This document shows positions 38,600-50,645 of a stretch of DNA of 64,000 nucleotides, piece after piece. Every line of letters starts with the position of its first letter. Position 1 is the first letter of the stretch. A program made the translations under genes and the position numbers. This stretch comes from Octopus bimaculoides (lineage: Eukaryota). The stretch lies in contig NC_068993.1 in the NCBI RefSeq assembly GCF_001194135.2, positions 34,744,777 through 34,808,776 of the forward strand. Direction: 5' to 3'. The notes under the pieces were generated by a model. The model saw only the letters and a list, made by a program, of their open reading frames with translations. It ran no database searches and had not been told where the DNA came from.

Positions 38600-41174
38600 C
38601 ATAATACAAATGAACTGATCTTTATATAAACTTATGCTGGTATTTACACAACGCAGGCATTGACTGACATTTACACAAACACGCTTATTCAAATACGTAA
38701 ATACTGACTCGTATGTACTTACACAAACCGAAATATATAAATACTATACAATACAAACCACGATACAAATTCAAATATCAATACCCGCATGAATTTAATC
38801 GCAGGCTGATGCACCAAAGCTTACAAACACGTGCATATACAAAGAAATTTACATGTACACATTCATATATAATTGAGCTATGTATTTTGGGGCCACCACA
38901 AATGAATTCATTTTTTAGTGTATCGCGTGGCAATCCCCATCGTTCTAATAATAGACATTGAATGATATCTTAAAATGTGGAAGAAAGCCCAAACCCAAAG
39001 ATTAGCCTTCGATATGAGACCTGGCATGAATATTTGAACTCTAAAAAACATGTTGAAGAAATCGATGGTGACAAAAATTGGGCGCTAGACTAAGTTTATG
39101 AACATGTACAAAGTTTGGATCGATGACAAGAGATTCTTGTCCAAGGTGTCGCCTTACAGGATTGAATCTGGATTGACATTACTAAAAAGCAAATATCCTA
39201 AATACACAGTCATGCCTATGCACCTAAAGAATTATTTGTAAATTGTACAGTGTTTTTGCTACGTACAACGTACCAGTTTACAACTAAGCAAATAGGGCTG
39301 CTACACATGTTAGCTAAAGCATATGCATTGCTGATGACAGTATACAATCAACGATCATTTTGCTCGTAAGCAAAATGGAAACTCCTTAAGCCATTAATGT
39401 ATTAATATAGCAGCAGAAAAACCTCATCTTCATATAATTTATCAAGGGTGGTGTGACAGGATTGTTAACAAAGGGTCAAAACTGAAGGCTCTAGGTGTAA
39501 GTACTATTTAATGACCCCGCTTGCAGTTTCGGCTTTGCGGGAGCTTTCCAATGCTTACAAGCACTCAAAATTTTATAAAACCAAAAGCTGTATGAACGTG
39601 ACAGCATCTTAACAAATCTATAAATCAGTAACCTTGCTGTGCATTTTTCTTTAAGTAGGATATAAAATCTTTACAGTATCTAACAGAAGTATTGTGAAAG
39701 AAGCGATAGATTACCGGAGGAAGTGTTTTGGGGTAGTTAGCCTATGTTATTATTTAGCCTCAAGTCAACTTTGATCATGCATACATGATCAAAGGCACTC
39801 TAGCCATGGCCATTCTGTTTTAATTTGAAGCTACAATATCAAGTGTCATTTGCTCTGTGTTTTGTGGCGGGGAGGGAGTTTCTAAGACGGTACGGTGTGA
39901 TTTGCTATTTCTTACTGACTGATCGACCATGTAGAAGCTTCCTTGTTGGCTGGTAAAGCATTTTCTACCATCCAACTCATTGGAGCTAACATTGCCTTTA
40001 GTCTTTGCGCTATCAGCAAAATAATGAACAGGAATTTATTCAATCGATTTAATCTTCAACTACAACAATTATAATTCCCTGGCTGTAAATAATTCATAAA
40101 TGTGTAGCCTTGTGGCGATCGTAACTATAGGCGGTGTGTCTGAAATAGCTCGTTCCGAGCCATTTGCACCAAAGCCTCTTACATCAATCTTATACCATTC
40201 TTCTCGACATTTCAGCTATAATCACCTCAACAAATAAATGCTACGCAAAATGGAGCGAAGGAGTGAGGCACTATGTCATTGTTCGACCAGCTAGAAATAA
40301 TAACCAAATTTCCCTTAAGTTACATCCGGTTGCCTGAAAAGAAAAAAGTAAAAGATACATTAGATAGTGTAGATTTTCTGAAAGAGACAAAGAAGATGAT
40401 CACAGCTGGAATGTATTTTATGAAAGAGCTGTTGGAGTCAGGAAGGCTGACCTGGTGCTAACATCAACTGCAAAGCAACAGAAGTAACAACTGCAACAGC
40501 AACAACAACCAACAGTAGTAGCAGCAGCAGCAGCAGCAATAACCATGCACTAAAACTTTTTACTGAATTCTTTCTTTCCCATAACCTGCACCTTCTCATA
40601 GGTCATTGCTCTTACCGACAATTTTTTTTTCCTTTGGTCCTCCTCGTGTCATACAAAATTATTCCGCATGAAAGCACAATTTTTTCTGTTACGTATAGGA
40701 CTAATGTTCTAAAATATATATTCCAAGATTAAGCATTCAACGGTCGTAGAGTGCGAGATGACTTTCTCCTTTGATCTGTAAATGTTTACGGTCAGCCTCA
40801 TTGTTGTACCGTTAAATAAGTATCAAAAACTTTTCAACTGCTCGAATTTTATTGAAACTATTTTGAGTTGAATTTGGAAAGAAAATAATAGAGTTATAAC
40901 ATATGTACGTAACGCATGGAAGTTTGCTTTAATAAATCAATTCTTTGCAGAATTCAAGCCTATCATTAACAAAGTGATAAGGCTTTTTGTTGTGTGTCAA
41001 AACAATTCCCGCGACCTCTGAATATGTGCTTATACGAATGCAACTCTATGCGCATATATGTGGGTGCATATGTCAAAGTACTCACACATACGTAAAGAGT
41101 GCACGTCTCTTCGGTGCACAGTTGTGATTATTTTTTTATGAATGTATACATGTGTATATTGTATGCTCGTTTAT

Positions 41175-41232
<58 letters not shown>

Positions 41233-41310
41233 TTCATAGATGAGAATCAGATATTCTCCGTATAAAATACACTTAATAGTGCTCAAGAAATTTAAACTTG
41301 AGCGGGTAGA

Positions 41311-41475
41311 GAAGTAAAAATAGGGATAAGCAAGTTAGACAGATCAACATGTAAAGCGTATATTAAATACATGAATACATATTGAATACATATACATATA
41401 TACATTTTTTGTATTTTATGTATTTAATATACTTTATATATTGATCTGTCTAACATGCTTATCCCTACATTTACT
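41311..41475. repeat. Short fold-back (MITE-like) palindrome
   Basis: GAAGTAAAAATAGGGATAAGCAAGTTAGACAGATCAA vs TTGATCTGTCTAACATGCTTATCCCTACATTTACTTC. Confidence 0.8.
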
Positions 41476-42138
41476 TCATATATGTATATATATATATATA
41501 TATATATACAACAGCTATTGAATATAGTAGATAAGATCCGGGCTATACATGTTTTATAGCGAGTAGAACCTCAGAAGTGGATGTATATCGCAGGCTACTC
41601 TTCATGCCCAGGATATCTTGAGTAAATGAAAGTTTACGTTGTCGCAAGGAGGTACATGTTAAAGCATGGAAGATTCAATCAGAATGTGTAGAGAGCACAG
41701 TAGGAGAGGCGACTATAAATATAGAGAGAAATAAGTATAAAAAGAAGGAAAAAAGAAGAAAATAGAAGAGAGTCAGAGGAATGGGGAATTTAAGCAAAGT
41801 CATCTGATCGGTAGTATTTTGGCTGAATCATAGAAATTAGGAAGGAGAGTGATATTTGAACAAATACAATGTGGAGGGAATAGGGTACGGTAATATTTTT
41901 GATCAAGAGCTAGAAAAAAAAAGGGTGTATGAAGAAAACAAACTAGAATGGGGAAAATTAGGCACGGTCATTTGAGCGATAGTATTCGAAAGGGTTGTTT
42001 TACTCGAACTACAGGAATTAGCAAGGGGAGTGGTATTTTAAAAAATAATGTGGAGGGAAGAAGGTGGGGAAATATTTTTCGTCAAGGGGGAGAAAAAGTA
42101 CATATGCATGAAGAAAGCGAGAAAGAATGGGGAAGAAT

Positions 42139-42187
<49 letters not shown>

Positions 42188-43045
42188 TAGATGCCTTGAG
42201 TATAAAAAATTCAATAGAGTAGTTTTGTAGTGCTTTGAAAATATTCTTTGTTCCAGTAAATGATTTGGACTTGGAGGGGATGAAAATGTTTTGTTCTTTT
42301 GTGGAGAATTTCAGAATTTTCAAGATTTCATATAAATATTTTCCTACGTAATTGTATATATCAACTAAGAAATTGAGAACTATATATATGACTGTCGATT
42401 ACAATATTATTTATATCTAAATTTTTATAAATTGTCGCTTAAAGTTCCATTTCTACGCAGACAGTGAACAGTAAGAACCAATATTTTTATATTGATCCAG
42501 AAAATAGTTTAGCCATACTAGCCACATAGGAACAGAACTCAAAATGTGTGCTGCTTTCACATGATGGTGATGCTGCTGTAGACACAGTAATATAGACCAT
42601 ATTCTAAGAAAAGCCACCTGACTGACTAAAATGAAATTGCTTACAAGCGTCTTCCCGCCTCTTCACCACAGACGTGCTATGTCATCTCGCTATCGTTTAT
42701 CACTCTACTACATTGTTCTCCGCTCGAGATGCTGATTGATCTGGTGCTGCGTTTACACAAGCTCTCTCGACTCAGACGTCTCTCCTATCGTAATCGATAT
42801 TCAATCCTCTCCAGACCTGCACCATGTCCTGTCCTTCCCTTCCAAAATCTTTCCACAATGTCAATCTTCACTCAACATGGATTTTCTTACTGCTTGCAAT
42901 AATTTAAGCGGAATGTTATCAATAACAGGTCTCAGCCAGTCCAAGTATACCATAGTCACAACGCCCTCCTTCATATCAATAAATATATCTTGCTAATGTT
43001 CTTAATTTCATTCGTTTCTAATTTTATTTCATTGATACTTCATAT

Positions 43046-43075
43046 CTTTTACATTTTCTTTTCTTTCTTTTCCAG
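43046..43075 (+). promoter_or_regulatory. Probable splice acceptor 77 nt upstream of the ATG (5' UTR intron)
   Basis: Long polypyrimidine tract CTTTTACATTTTCTTTTCTTTCTTTTCCAG ending in CAG at 43075. Confidence 0.55.
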
Positions 43076-43152
43076 TCAACTGGTTGAATTAAACAGCTGT
43101 ACATATCCAAATAATTTGCGACAAAGATTGTGAGATCTTCGACAAGACAATC

Positions 43153-44055
43153 ATGGGTATTCCACTAACTGGCGCTAACCTTTCGTTGAACAGTTCCCTG
43201 ATGAAACAATCGACTGTACCCACAGAAGAATCAACGCTCAACTACACCCTATCAATGCAAGAAGACGTTGACAATATAGGTTCCCTTTATTATGTTGTCG
43301 CTGTTATATTTATATACGGGTTTTCTATTGTGTTAATGATTGCTTCACATATCAGAAAAAATCAACAAGATAATCAGCTACGAACATATCTTAAGGAAAT
43401 GGCACTCCTTAGAAAAAAAGATCGCCGAGAAAAAATACTTAATAAAATGAATACAATCACCACAAACATGTATCTAAATAACAACAGCGGTGGTGCTAAC
43501 TCAAGTAATTGTGCGATGGTTGGTCCGACAACAAGCTCGCTGAATACAGCTACAAACAATATACCACAATTTAACCAGGCAGTACACCATTGCTGTTTAG
43601 CAAACATCTCTAACTGTAATGAACATAGTTTCAATGAGGTGGTATCAGGGCTTGGGATTGGAGCCACACCATCAGCAGCTTCTTGCCTGACTGCGTTTCA
43701 TACAAATAAAACCATGCCTTTGACAGCATCGAATGACTATAATAACGCGTTTCCGGATGAAAATTGTTGTCATGCAACTCAGAACATCCTACAGATGAAA
43801 CCTACAACGGGTGCTTTGTTGGCATTCACCGATGGTCATCTTTCTAATCCGAAAAGAAGTGACGAAGTATCGGAAATGATACCTTTGCAAGCGAATTTAT
43901 CACACATGAAATGCCAACACCAAACGACGATGCCTACAAACAGATGTTTGGAAACGATAATAAACCTGAACGACACGACAAAACGTCATGTTCCGAAAAA
44001 CGATAAAAAACCGCTTGCACACATCGATATCATAAACGAAGAAGTGACCACTTAA
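43153..44055 (+). CDS. Single-pass membrane protein, 300 aa, KCNE/MinK-like TM region, Asn/Thr-rich cytoplasmic tail
   Basis: The only long, microsatellite-free, stop-free ORF. Good start context ACAATCATGG. No cleavable signal peptide; three N-terminal sequons (NLS, NSS, NYT); one TM (LYYVVAVIFIYGFSIVLMIAS); basic juxtamembrane HIRKNQQDNQLRTYLKEMALLRKKDRREK. Family assignment is tentative. Confidence 0.75.
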   Translation: MGIPLTGANLSLNSSLMKQSTVPTEESTLNYTLSMQEDVDNIGSLYYVVAVIFIYGFSIVLMIASHIRKNQQDNQLRTYLKEMALLRKKDRREKILNKMNTITTNMYLNNNSGGANSSNCAMVGPTTSSLNTATNNIPQFNQAVHHCCLANISNCNEHSFNEVVSGLGIGATPSAASCLTAFHTNKTMPLTASNDYNNAFPDENCCHATQNILQMKPTTGALLAFTDGHLSNPKRSDEVSEMIPLQANLSHMKCQHQTTMPTNRCLETIINLNDTTKRHVPKNDKKPLAHIDIINEEVTT

Positions 44056-44606
44056 AAAAAAATGAAGAAAACAATGGTATTTTTTAAAAAGATTTTAACT
44101 GTAACTATAAATTTGTTACTAAAAGAAATTGCCATCAAATCTCTCAGCAGAAAGCAAAAATCTCATAAGTAGACGCAATATCGCTTTCATACTCTTGTAT
44201 AAATGCACACACTTCAAATGCTTATATTAGCACTCACTTATTCCAACAATTATTGTTTGATATATGAAACTCTGGATATAGAACTACTAAACAAATGTTG
44301 TGGTGCTTCACATATATGTTCTGTGTGACTGAAAGCACGTGTACATGTATGTTATCTCGTGATATTTAACTTCTTGATCGGTCTTTATCTTTGCAGATGA
44401 TAATGCGATGCTCACATTGTGGTTACTGATCCCATTGTATCAGAAAGGGGAAAGGGGAAATATCACATTTACTGAGTCTCTCACAACATCAAGGATCATA
44501 AAATATTAATAGAAGCGTCCAGTGTGGTGAAATTATTTAATCAGCAATTTATATTTTCTTCTACGCTTCTTTCCAAGCGACACACACACACACACACACG
44601 CGCACA

Positions 44607-44660
<54 letters not shown>

Positions 44661-44712
44661 AAGTGCATTTCGTTCATCCTGCGAATATAACACAAATATT
44701 CCACATACTGTC

Positions 44713-44749
<37 letters not shown>

Positions 44750-44875
44750 TAGTTAGCAGATATCATCTACATTCTAATTTCATACATATACATAAATACA
44801 AACATATACACACACACACACACATATATACACATACATACATACATACATACATCCATCCATCCATACATACAT

Positions 44876-44911
<36 letters not shown>

Positions 44912-45364
44912 NNNNNNNNNNNNNNNNNNNNNNNNNNNNNNNNNNNNNNNNNNNNNNNNNNNNNNNNNNNNNNNNNNNNNNNNNNNNNNNNNNNNNNNNN
45001 NNNNNNNNNNNNNNNNNNNNNNNNNNNNNNNNNNNNNNNNNNNNNNNNNNNNNNNNNNNNNNNNNNNNNNNNNNNNNNNNNNNNNNNNNNNNNNNNNNNN
45101 NNNNNNNNNNNNNNNNNNNNNNNNNNNNNNNNNNNNNNNNNNNNNNNNNNNNNNNNNNNNNNNNNNNNNNNNNNNNNNNNNNNNNNNNNNNNNNNNNNNN
45201 NNNNNNNNNNNNNNNNNNNNNNNNNNNNNNNNNNNNNNNNNNNNNNNNNNNNNNNNNNNNNNNNNNNNNNNNNNNNNNNNNNNNNNNNNNNNNNNNNNNN
45301 NNNNNNNNNNNNNNNNNNNNNNNNNNNNNNNNNNNNNNNNNNNNNNNNNNNNNATATATATAAT

Positions 45365-46120
45365 ATGTGATGAATATCAGGAGGATGGAGATTTGCACAT
45401 CCATATTTTATTATACAGTAATGCACATCATTCTTCACTTGGACCTACGTACATTTTGGCTGCAAACGCTGCACACTGTCAAGTGTGCATCTTGGTGTTA
45501 ATTATCGGTGCAGCTCATTCTGGTTGTTTACTGTCGTTCGAAGATCATCTGAAGAAAACTACAAGACTGACTGAATAAGTGTCCTTTTGGATGTGTTGGT
45601 ATTACGATGAATAGTTGTATTTTCTCGTGACATGAAGCTTACCCCGGCTCGTTAAGTATTTATTACTGGGTTTGGTCTAAAAATATACCTACTTTGTTGT
45701 GATCTAACCATTCTACTAAATTAGAAATACGAATACTTTCTAATATAATAGAATGGTAAGCTGGATTACAATACTAAGGAACCCACAGGAACGTTGACTT
45801 ATTTTAAGATCAAACCCAGCCATAAATACCTAACTGGCCGGGATAACCATCATGTCACGAGGAAATATGATTATTCATTGTAACTTCAACACCTAAAGGA
45901 CTCATATTCAGTCAGTCTCATAGTTTTCTTCAGATGATCTTCGAACAACAGTAAACAACGGACCCTGAAGGAGCTGCACCGATAATTAACACCAAGGTGC
46001 ACACTTAACAGTGTGCAGCGGTTGCAACCGAAACGGACGTAGCTCGAAGTGAAGAATGATGTAAATTACTGTATAATAAAATATTGATGTGCAAATTTCC
46101 ATTCTCCTGATCTTCATTAA
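45365..46120. repeat. ~750-bp imperfect palindrome (old fold-back element)
   Basis: 45365-45685 is the reverse complement of about 45800-46120 (e.g. GTGTTAATTATCGGTGCAGCTC / GAGCTGCACCGATAATTAACAC; CGAAGATCATCTGAAGAAAACTA / TAGTTTTCTTCAGATGATCTTCG). Central hairpin ACCATTCTA..TAGAATGGT. Confidence 0.9.
45960..46046 (+). ncRNA. Degenerate hammerhead ribozyme (with mirror copy 45441-45525 minus)
   Basis: Right arm: GGACC-CUGAAGGA-GCUGCA...UGCAACC-GAAA-CGGACGU-A-GCUCG. Left arm: ..GCUGCA...UGCAGCC-AAAA-UGUACGU-A-GGUCC. Merged they give stem I GGACC/GGUCC, stem II GCUGCA/UGCAGC, stem III ACGUACGU. Confidence 0.45.
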
Positions 46121-46332
46121 TTTCATTATTATCCCTGCAGAAACTATACAGTCCCTAAAAGGATATTCGGATTTACCAAGCGAGGATAATATCTGAGTCT
46201 AGTAAATAATCACTAACTGAAGTATCACTAAAATTTGTTGTGGTTAACACGGAAACCGCCAGGATTATGTATCCCTTGAAACCTTTTTGGAAATATTACT
46301 TTCGATATGTATGTGTGTATGTGCATATATAA

Positions 46333-46375
<43 letters not shown>

Positions 46376-46459
46376 AATGTATGTATGTATTGTTGCATTT
46401 CGGAATGGGCATTTATTTTTATGTTTATATATATATAAAGTTAGATAAAACTGGTTTAT

Positions 46460-46520
46460 GGGATTACCCTGGGTTTCACTGCCATAAAACGCTTGGCTTT
46501 ACAGCACATCATTAGATACC
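46460..46520 (-). ncRNA. Degenerate hammerhead ribozyme 3' of a Penelope ORF
   Basis: GGUAU-CUAAUGA-UG-UGCUGUAAA...UUUAUGGCA-GU-GAAA-CCCAGGGU-A-AUCCC. Core G5>A; stem I 4/5; 9-bp inner stem II. Confidence 0.45.
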
Positions 46521-46609
46521 AGATCTGTTGGATTATGGCCTCTCTAGAAAATGGAGGAGAAATGGACCTCGCTACTCAATGTCAAAAACAGGAGGTTGTC
46601 TCCCTTTGG

Positions 46610-46933
46610 CTATCGATCGTAAGTGACCCTGTTATCTTGTCGGTTCCAATTGGCCAGCAGGCAATTTCTGAAATGCAAGCACGGTGCGAAGACCTCCGTT
46701 CTGGAGTTAACGGTGTTCCCCGGGTCGAGGGAGTCCTTTAGTATCATCAACCCTTCCACTAGGCACAGTTTACAACCCTTGGTCCCGTTTATGAAGAGGC
46801 CCGGATTTTCTAGGATTCTCCATGATATTGTGTGTGGAATCCCGTCGTCCTTCAGGTATCATACATGGCTGGCTAATGACGTAACGTATCTCCTTTCAGG
46901 TATCCTGAAAGATGATCCGTGGTTAGAGTGGCG
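46610..46933 (-). mobile_element. Penelope-like element, GIY-YIG endonuclease C-terminal fragment (Cys-containing, Neptune/Naiad-like)
   Basis: RHSNHGSSFRIPERRYVTSLASHV*YLKDDGIPHTISWRIL..GCKLCLVEGLMIL..VNSRTEVFAPCLHFRNCLLANW. Confidence 0.8.
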
Positions 46934-46945
46934 TTTTATATATAT

Positions 46946-46979
<34 letters not shown>

Positions 46980-49043
46980 NNNNNNNNNNNNNNNNNNNNN
47001 NNNNNNNNNNNNNNNNNNNNNNNNNNNNNNNNNNNNNNNNNNNNNNNNNNNNNNNNNNNNNNNNNNNNNNNNNNNNNNNNNNNNNNNNNNNNNNNNNNNN
47101 NNNNNNNNNNNNNNNNNNNNNNNNNNNNNNNNNNNNNNNNNNNNNNNNNNNNNNNNNNNNNNNNNNNNNNNNNNNNNNNNNNNNNNNNNNNNNNNNNNNN
47201 NNNNNNNNNNNNNNNNNNNNNNNNNNNNNNNNNNNNNNNNNNNNNNNNNNNNNNNNNNNNNNNNNNNNNNNNNNNNNNNNNNNNNNNNNNNNNNNNNNNN
47301 NNNNNNNNNNNNNNNNNNNNNNNNNNNNNNNNNNNNNNNNNNNNNNNNNNNNNNNNNNNNNNNNNNNNNNNNNNNNNNNNNNNNNNNNNNNNNNNNNNNN
47401 NNNNNNNNNNNNNNNNNNNNNNNNNNNNNNNNNNNNNNNNNNNNNNNNNNNNNNNNNNNNNNNNNNNNNNNNNNNNNNNNNNNNNNNNNNNNNNNNNNNN
47501 NNNNNNNNNNNNNNNNNNNNNNNNNNNNNNNNNNNNNNNNNNNNNNNNNNNNNNNNNNNNNNNNNNNNNNNNNNNNNNNNNNNNNNNNNNNNNNNNNNNN
47601 NNNNNNNNNNNNNNNNNNNNNNNNNNNNNNNNNNNNNNNNNNNNNNNNNNNNNNNNNNNNNNNNNNNNNNNNNNNNNNNNNNNNNNNNNNNNNNNNNNNN
47701 NNNNNNNNNNNNNNNNNNNNNNNNNNNNNNNNNNNNNNNNNNNNNNNNNNNNNNNNNNNNNNNNNNNNNNNNNNNNNNNNNNNNNNNNNNNNNNNNNNNN
47801 NNNNNNNNNNNNNNNNNNNNNNNNNNNNNNNNNNNNNNNNNNNNNNNNNNNNNNNNNNNNNNNNNNNNNNNNNNNNNNNNNNNNNNNNNNNNNNNNNNNN
47901 NNNNNNNNNNNNNNNNNNNNNNNNNNNNNNNNNNNNNNATATATATATATATATATATATAAGTCTTTAAATTTGTTTATGGTAACGTTAAAGGCATGCA
48001 AATAAACCTCCTATTTTATTATGCCGGCTACCATCTAATGATACTGACTAGTAAGTAAGCTTTTCGGGGTTACATTATAGTTATACCGATATAATGTAGG
48101 ATAAATATAATAATAACAATAATTCTAGGATGGAATTTATAAATATTTAATACATCACTACGCGCGTTTCCACAAACCACATGCATTTAACATTAGAGTC
48201 CGTATCCTTGGGATGAGTACAGTATAGTCCGTAGCATCCGTTGGCATCCGGTTGATCATCATCATTGATTCATTTCATCAGGCGACACTGCATTAGTGGT
48301 TAGTGGATTAATCAAAAATGGATGTTTATCCCTTCTTGCCAGTATGAAGGTCAATCTAGCTACGGGGTATTTATTTGCTATAAATCCAACACCACCATAC
48401 ACACCTCCATCCCCCATATTACTACCATTCCTTCTTCTACTCCTGTCACCTATTTCCCCTTAACAAATGCACGCAGAAATATCCACATAGATAGATTGGC
48501 CTTCATACTGGCAAGAAGGGATAAACATCCCTCTCTGATTCATCTACTAATGCAGTATTGTATGATGAAATGCATCAATGATGATTACATACATACATAC
48601 ATACATATGTACATGTGTATGAACAAAAATGAGGTAAGACAGTTTAAAATGGCCGGTGCCTTGTATCTGAAAAACCTTGAGAAATAGAGAAATATCAAAT
48701 ATCATAAAACATGAGTTCTTGATTTATCAGTTCTCTCCTCGTCTAAAGGATGTTTTACAATTAGTAAACGGCAATTGATATCGAGCTCCATATAATATGG
48801 AATATAATCACAAGAATCAAGAATTTTTTCAAACTTAACAAGTCATTCCGGGAAAGGACAGAATTATTGTAGGGAGATAGAAGACAGCCGTCTATAAATA
48901 TATAGGCACACACACACACACACACACACACATATTCATCTGTGTGTCNNNNNNNNNNNNNNNNNNNNNNNNNNNNNNNNNNNNNNNNNNNNNNNNNNNN
49001 NNNNNNNNNNNNNNNNNNNNNNNNNNNNNNNNNNNNNNNNNNN

Positions 49044-49085
<42 letters not shown>

Positions 49086-50368
49086 CGAGTGGGTGCTGAG
49101 AAATTCCTGGCTTTAAAGTTATCGCGAAAGGGTAGAGCTGTTACCTTTTCAAGGGAGGCAGGATAACTGTTTAGTAGATATTCAAAAGATCATGATGGTA
49201 TGCAATATATCCTCTCTTTTTTTTTTTGCAGATTTAACGCATGAAGGTAGCTTCGACAGTGAATTTTGGTAAAAATGATGCACGAGTGATCCTGAAGTTC
49301 CTCTTTATGCGAAACAAAGGAGCGGCGGAAATCCATGACGTGATGAAGGATGTGTTGAAGAATGGTTGCCCATCTTACTCCACAGTGAAATCCTGGGTGT
49401 CACGGTTTTGGACTGGTCATTTTCAGGTCACAGATGAACCCCTATCAAGACGGCCAACTTCCGTGACCACAGAGGACAAAGCCGACGGTGTGCACGTCAT
49501 GATACTCGAGGACCGCTGAGTTTCAGCAAAAGTCATAGCTGAGACTCAGAGGATTTCACACGAAAGAGTTTGCCACATAATTCACAATCTGAACATGAGA
49601 AAGCTTTCCACAAAATGGGTACCGAAATGTTTGAACGCAGATCAGAAGCGCATCAGAGTGACGATATCAAAGGCGATTTTGGACCGGTTTGTAGGAGAGG
49701 CTGATTGTATGGCTCGTTTAGTCACCATGAATGAAACTTGGCTTCATTATTTGATCTCCACACCAAGCAGCAGTGAATGGAGAGGCACCACAGTGATCTA
49801 CCGCGTCCCAAGAGGTTTCGGACCCAGAAGTCAGCTGAAAAAAGATTCTGGCTTCAGTGTTCTGGAACAAAAATGGAGTACTCCTCATAAAATACCTGCC
49901 AAAGAATCGCACCATCGACACTGAATACTACATGTCTCTGCTGGATGAACTGCATAAAGCTCTAAAGCAGGAACGCCGTGGAAAGCTGACCGTTATATCC
50001 CGTTTTTGCAGGATAATGCACCAGCACACGCAGCACATGAAACCTTACGGAAAATATGTGACTTTTGCTTCAAATCGGTAGACTCATCCACCTTACTCTT
50101 CTGACTTGGTCCCCTCCGACTATCACCTTTTTCCACAACTGATAGAACACCTCAAGGGAGTGAAATTTCACTCCGATTCGGAAGTCATCGCTGCTACAGA
50201 GACTTTGTAAGAGGTCCAACCTTCTGAGTTCATTTTACAGGACTTAGAAAAACTGAAGGACTGCTGCAACAAGTGTGTGAATTTGAGGAGAATAAGTTGA
50301 ATAAAATCAGAATTAAATGACCCTCCCTAACCTGTTTTATCCAAAGTCAGGAACTTATCAGCACCCAC

Positions 50369-50371
<3 letters not shown>
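49086..50371 (+). mobile_element. Full-length mariner (DD34D-type) transposon, ~1286 bp, inactive
   Basis: 29-bp TIRs, 24/29 matching (CGAGTGGGTGCTGAGAAATTCCTGGCTTT; revcomp of right end CTGGTGGGTGCTGATAAGTTCCTGACTTT); TA on the left. Transposase pieces: HTH region, KWVPKCL, TMNETW, QDNAPAH, HPPYSSDLVPSDYHLF. Contains stops and frameshifts. Confidence 0.92.
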
Positions 50372-50410
<39 letters not shown>

Positions 50411-50556
50411 GTGTTTGTGTGTATTTGTGTGTCTGTGTTTGTGTGTGTGTATAATGCATATATGTGTGTGTATATATATATGTGTAAATATATACATATA
50501 TATATGTATATATATATGCATACATATATATACATATACACATACATACATATATG

Positions 50557-50645
<89 letters not shown>

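Noticed and set aside
40273-40461. 62-aa ORF MSLFDQLEII..
   Set aside because: Short, with only a faint resemblance to an RTE C-terminus; cannot be supported as gene or TE.
42736-42996. 86-aa ORF upstream of the membrane-protein gene as a coding exon
   Set aside because: No recognisable domain, ends in a stop before the acceptor, and only a weak donor (GTAATC at 42790). May be UTR or promoter, but unsupported.
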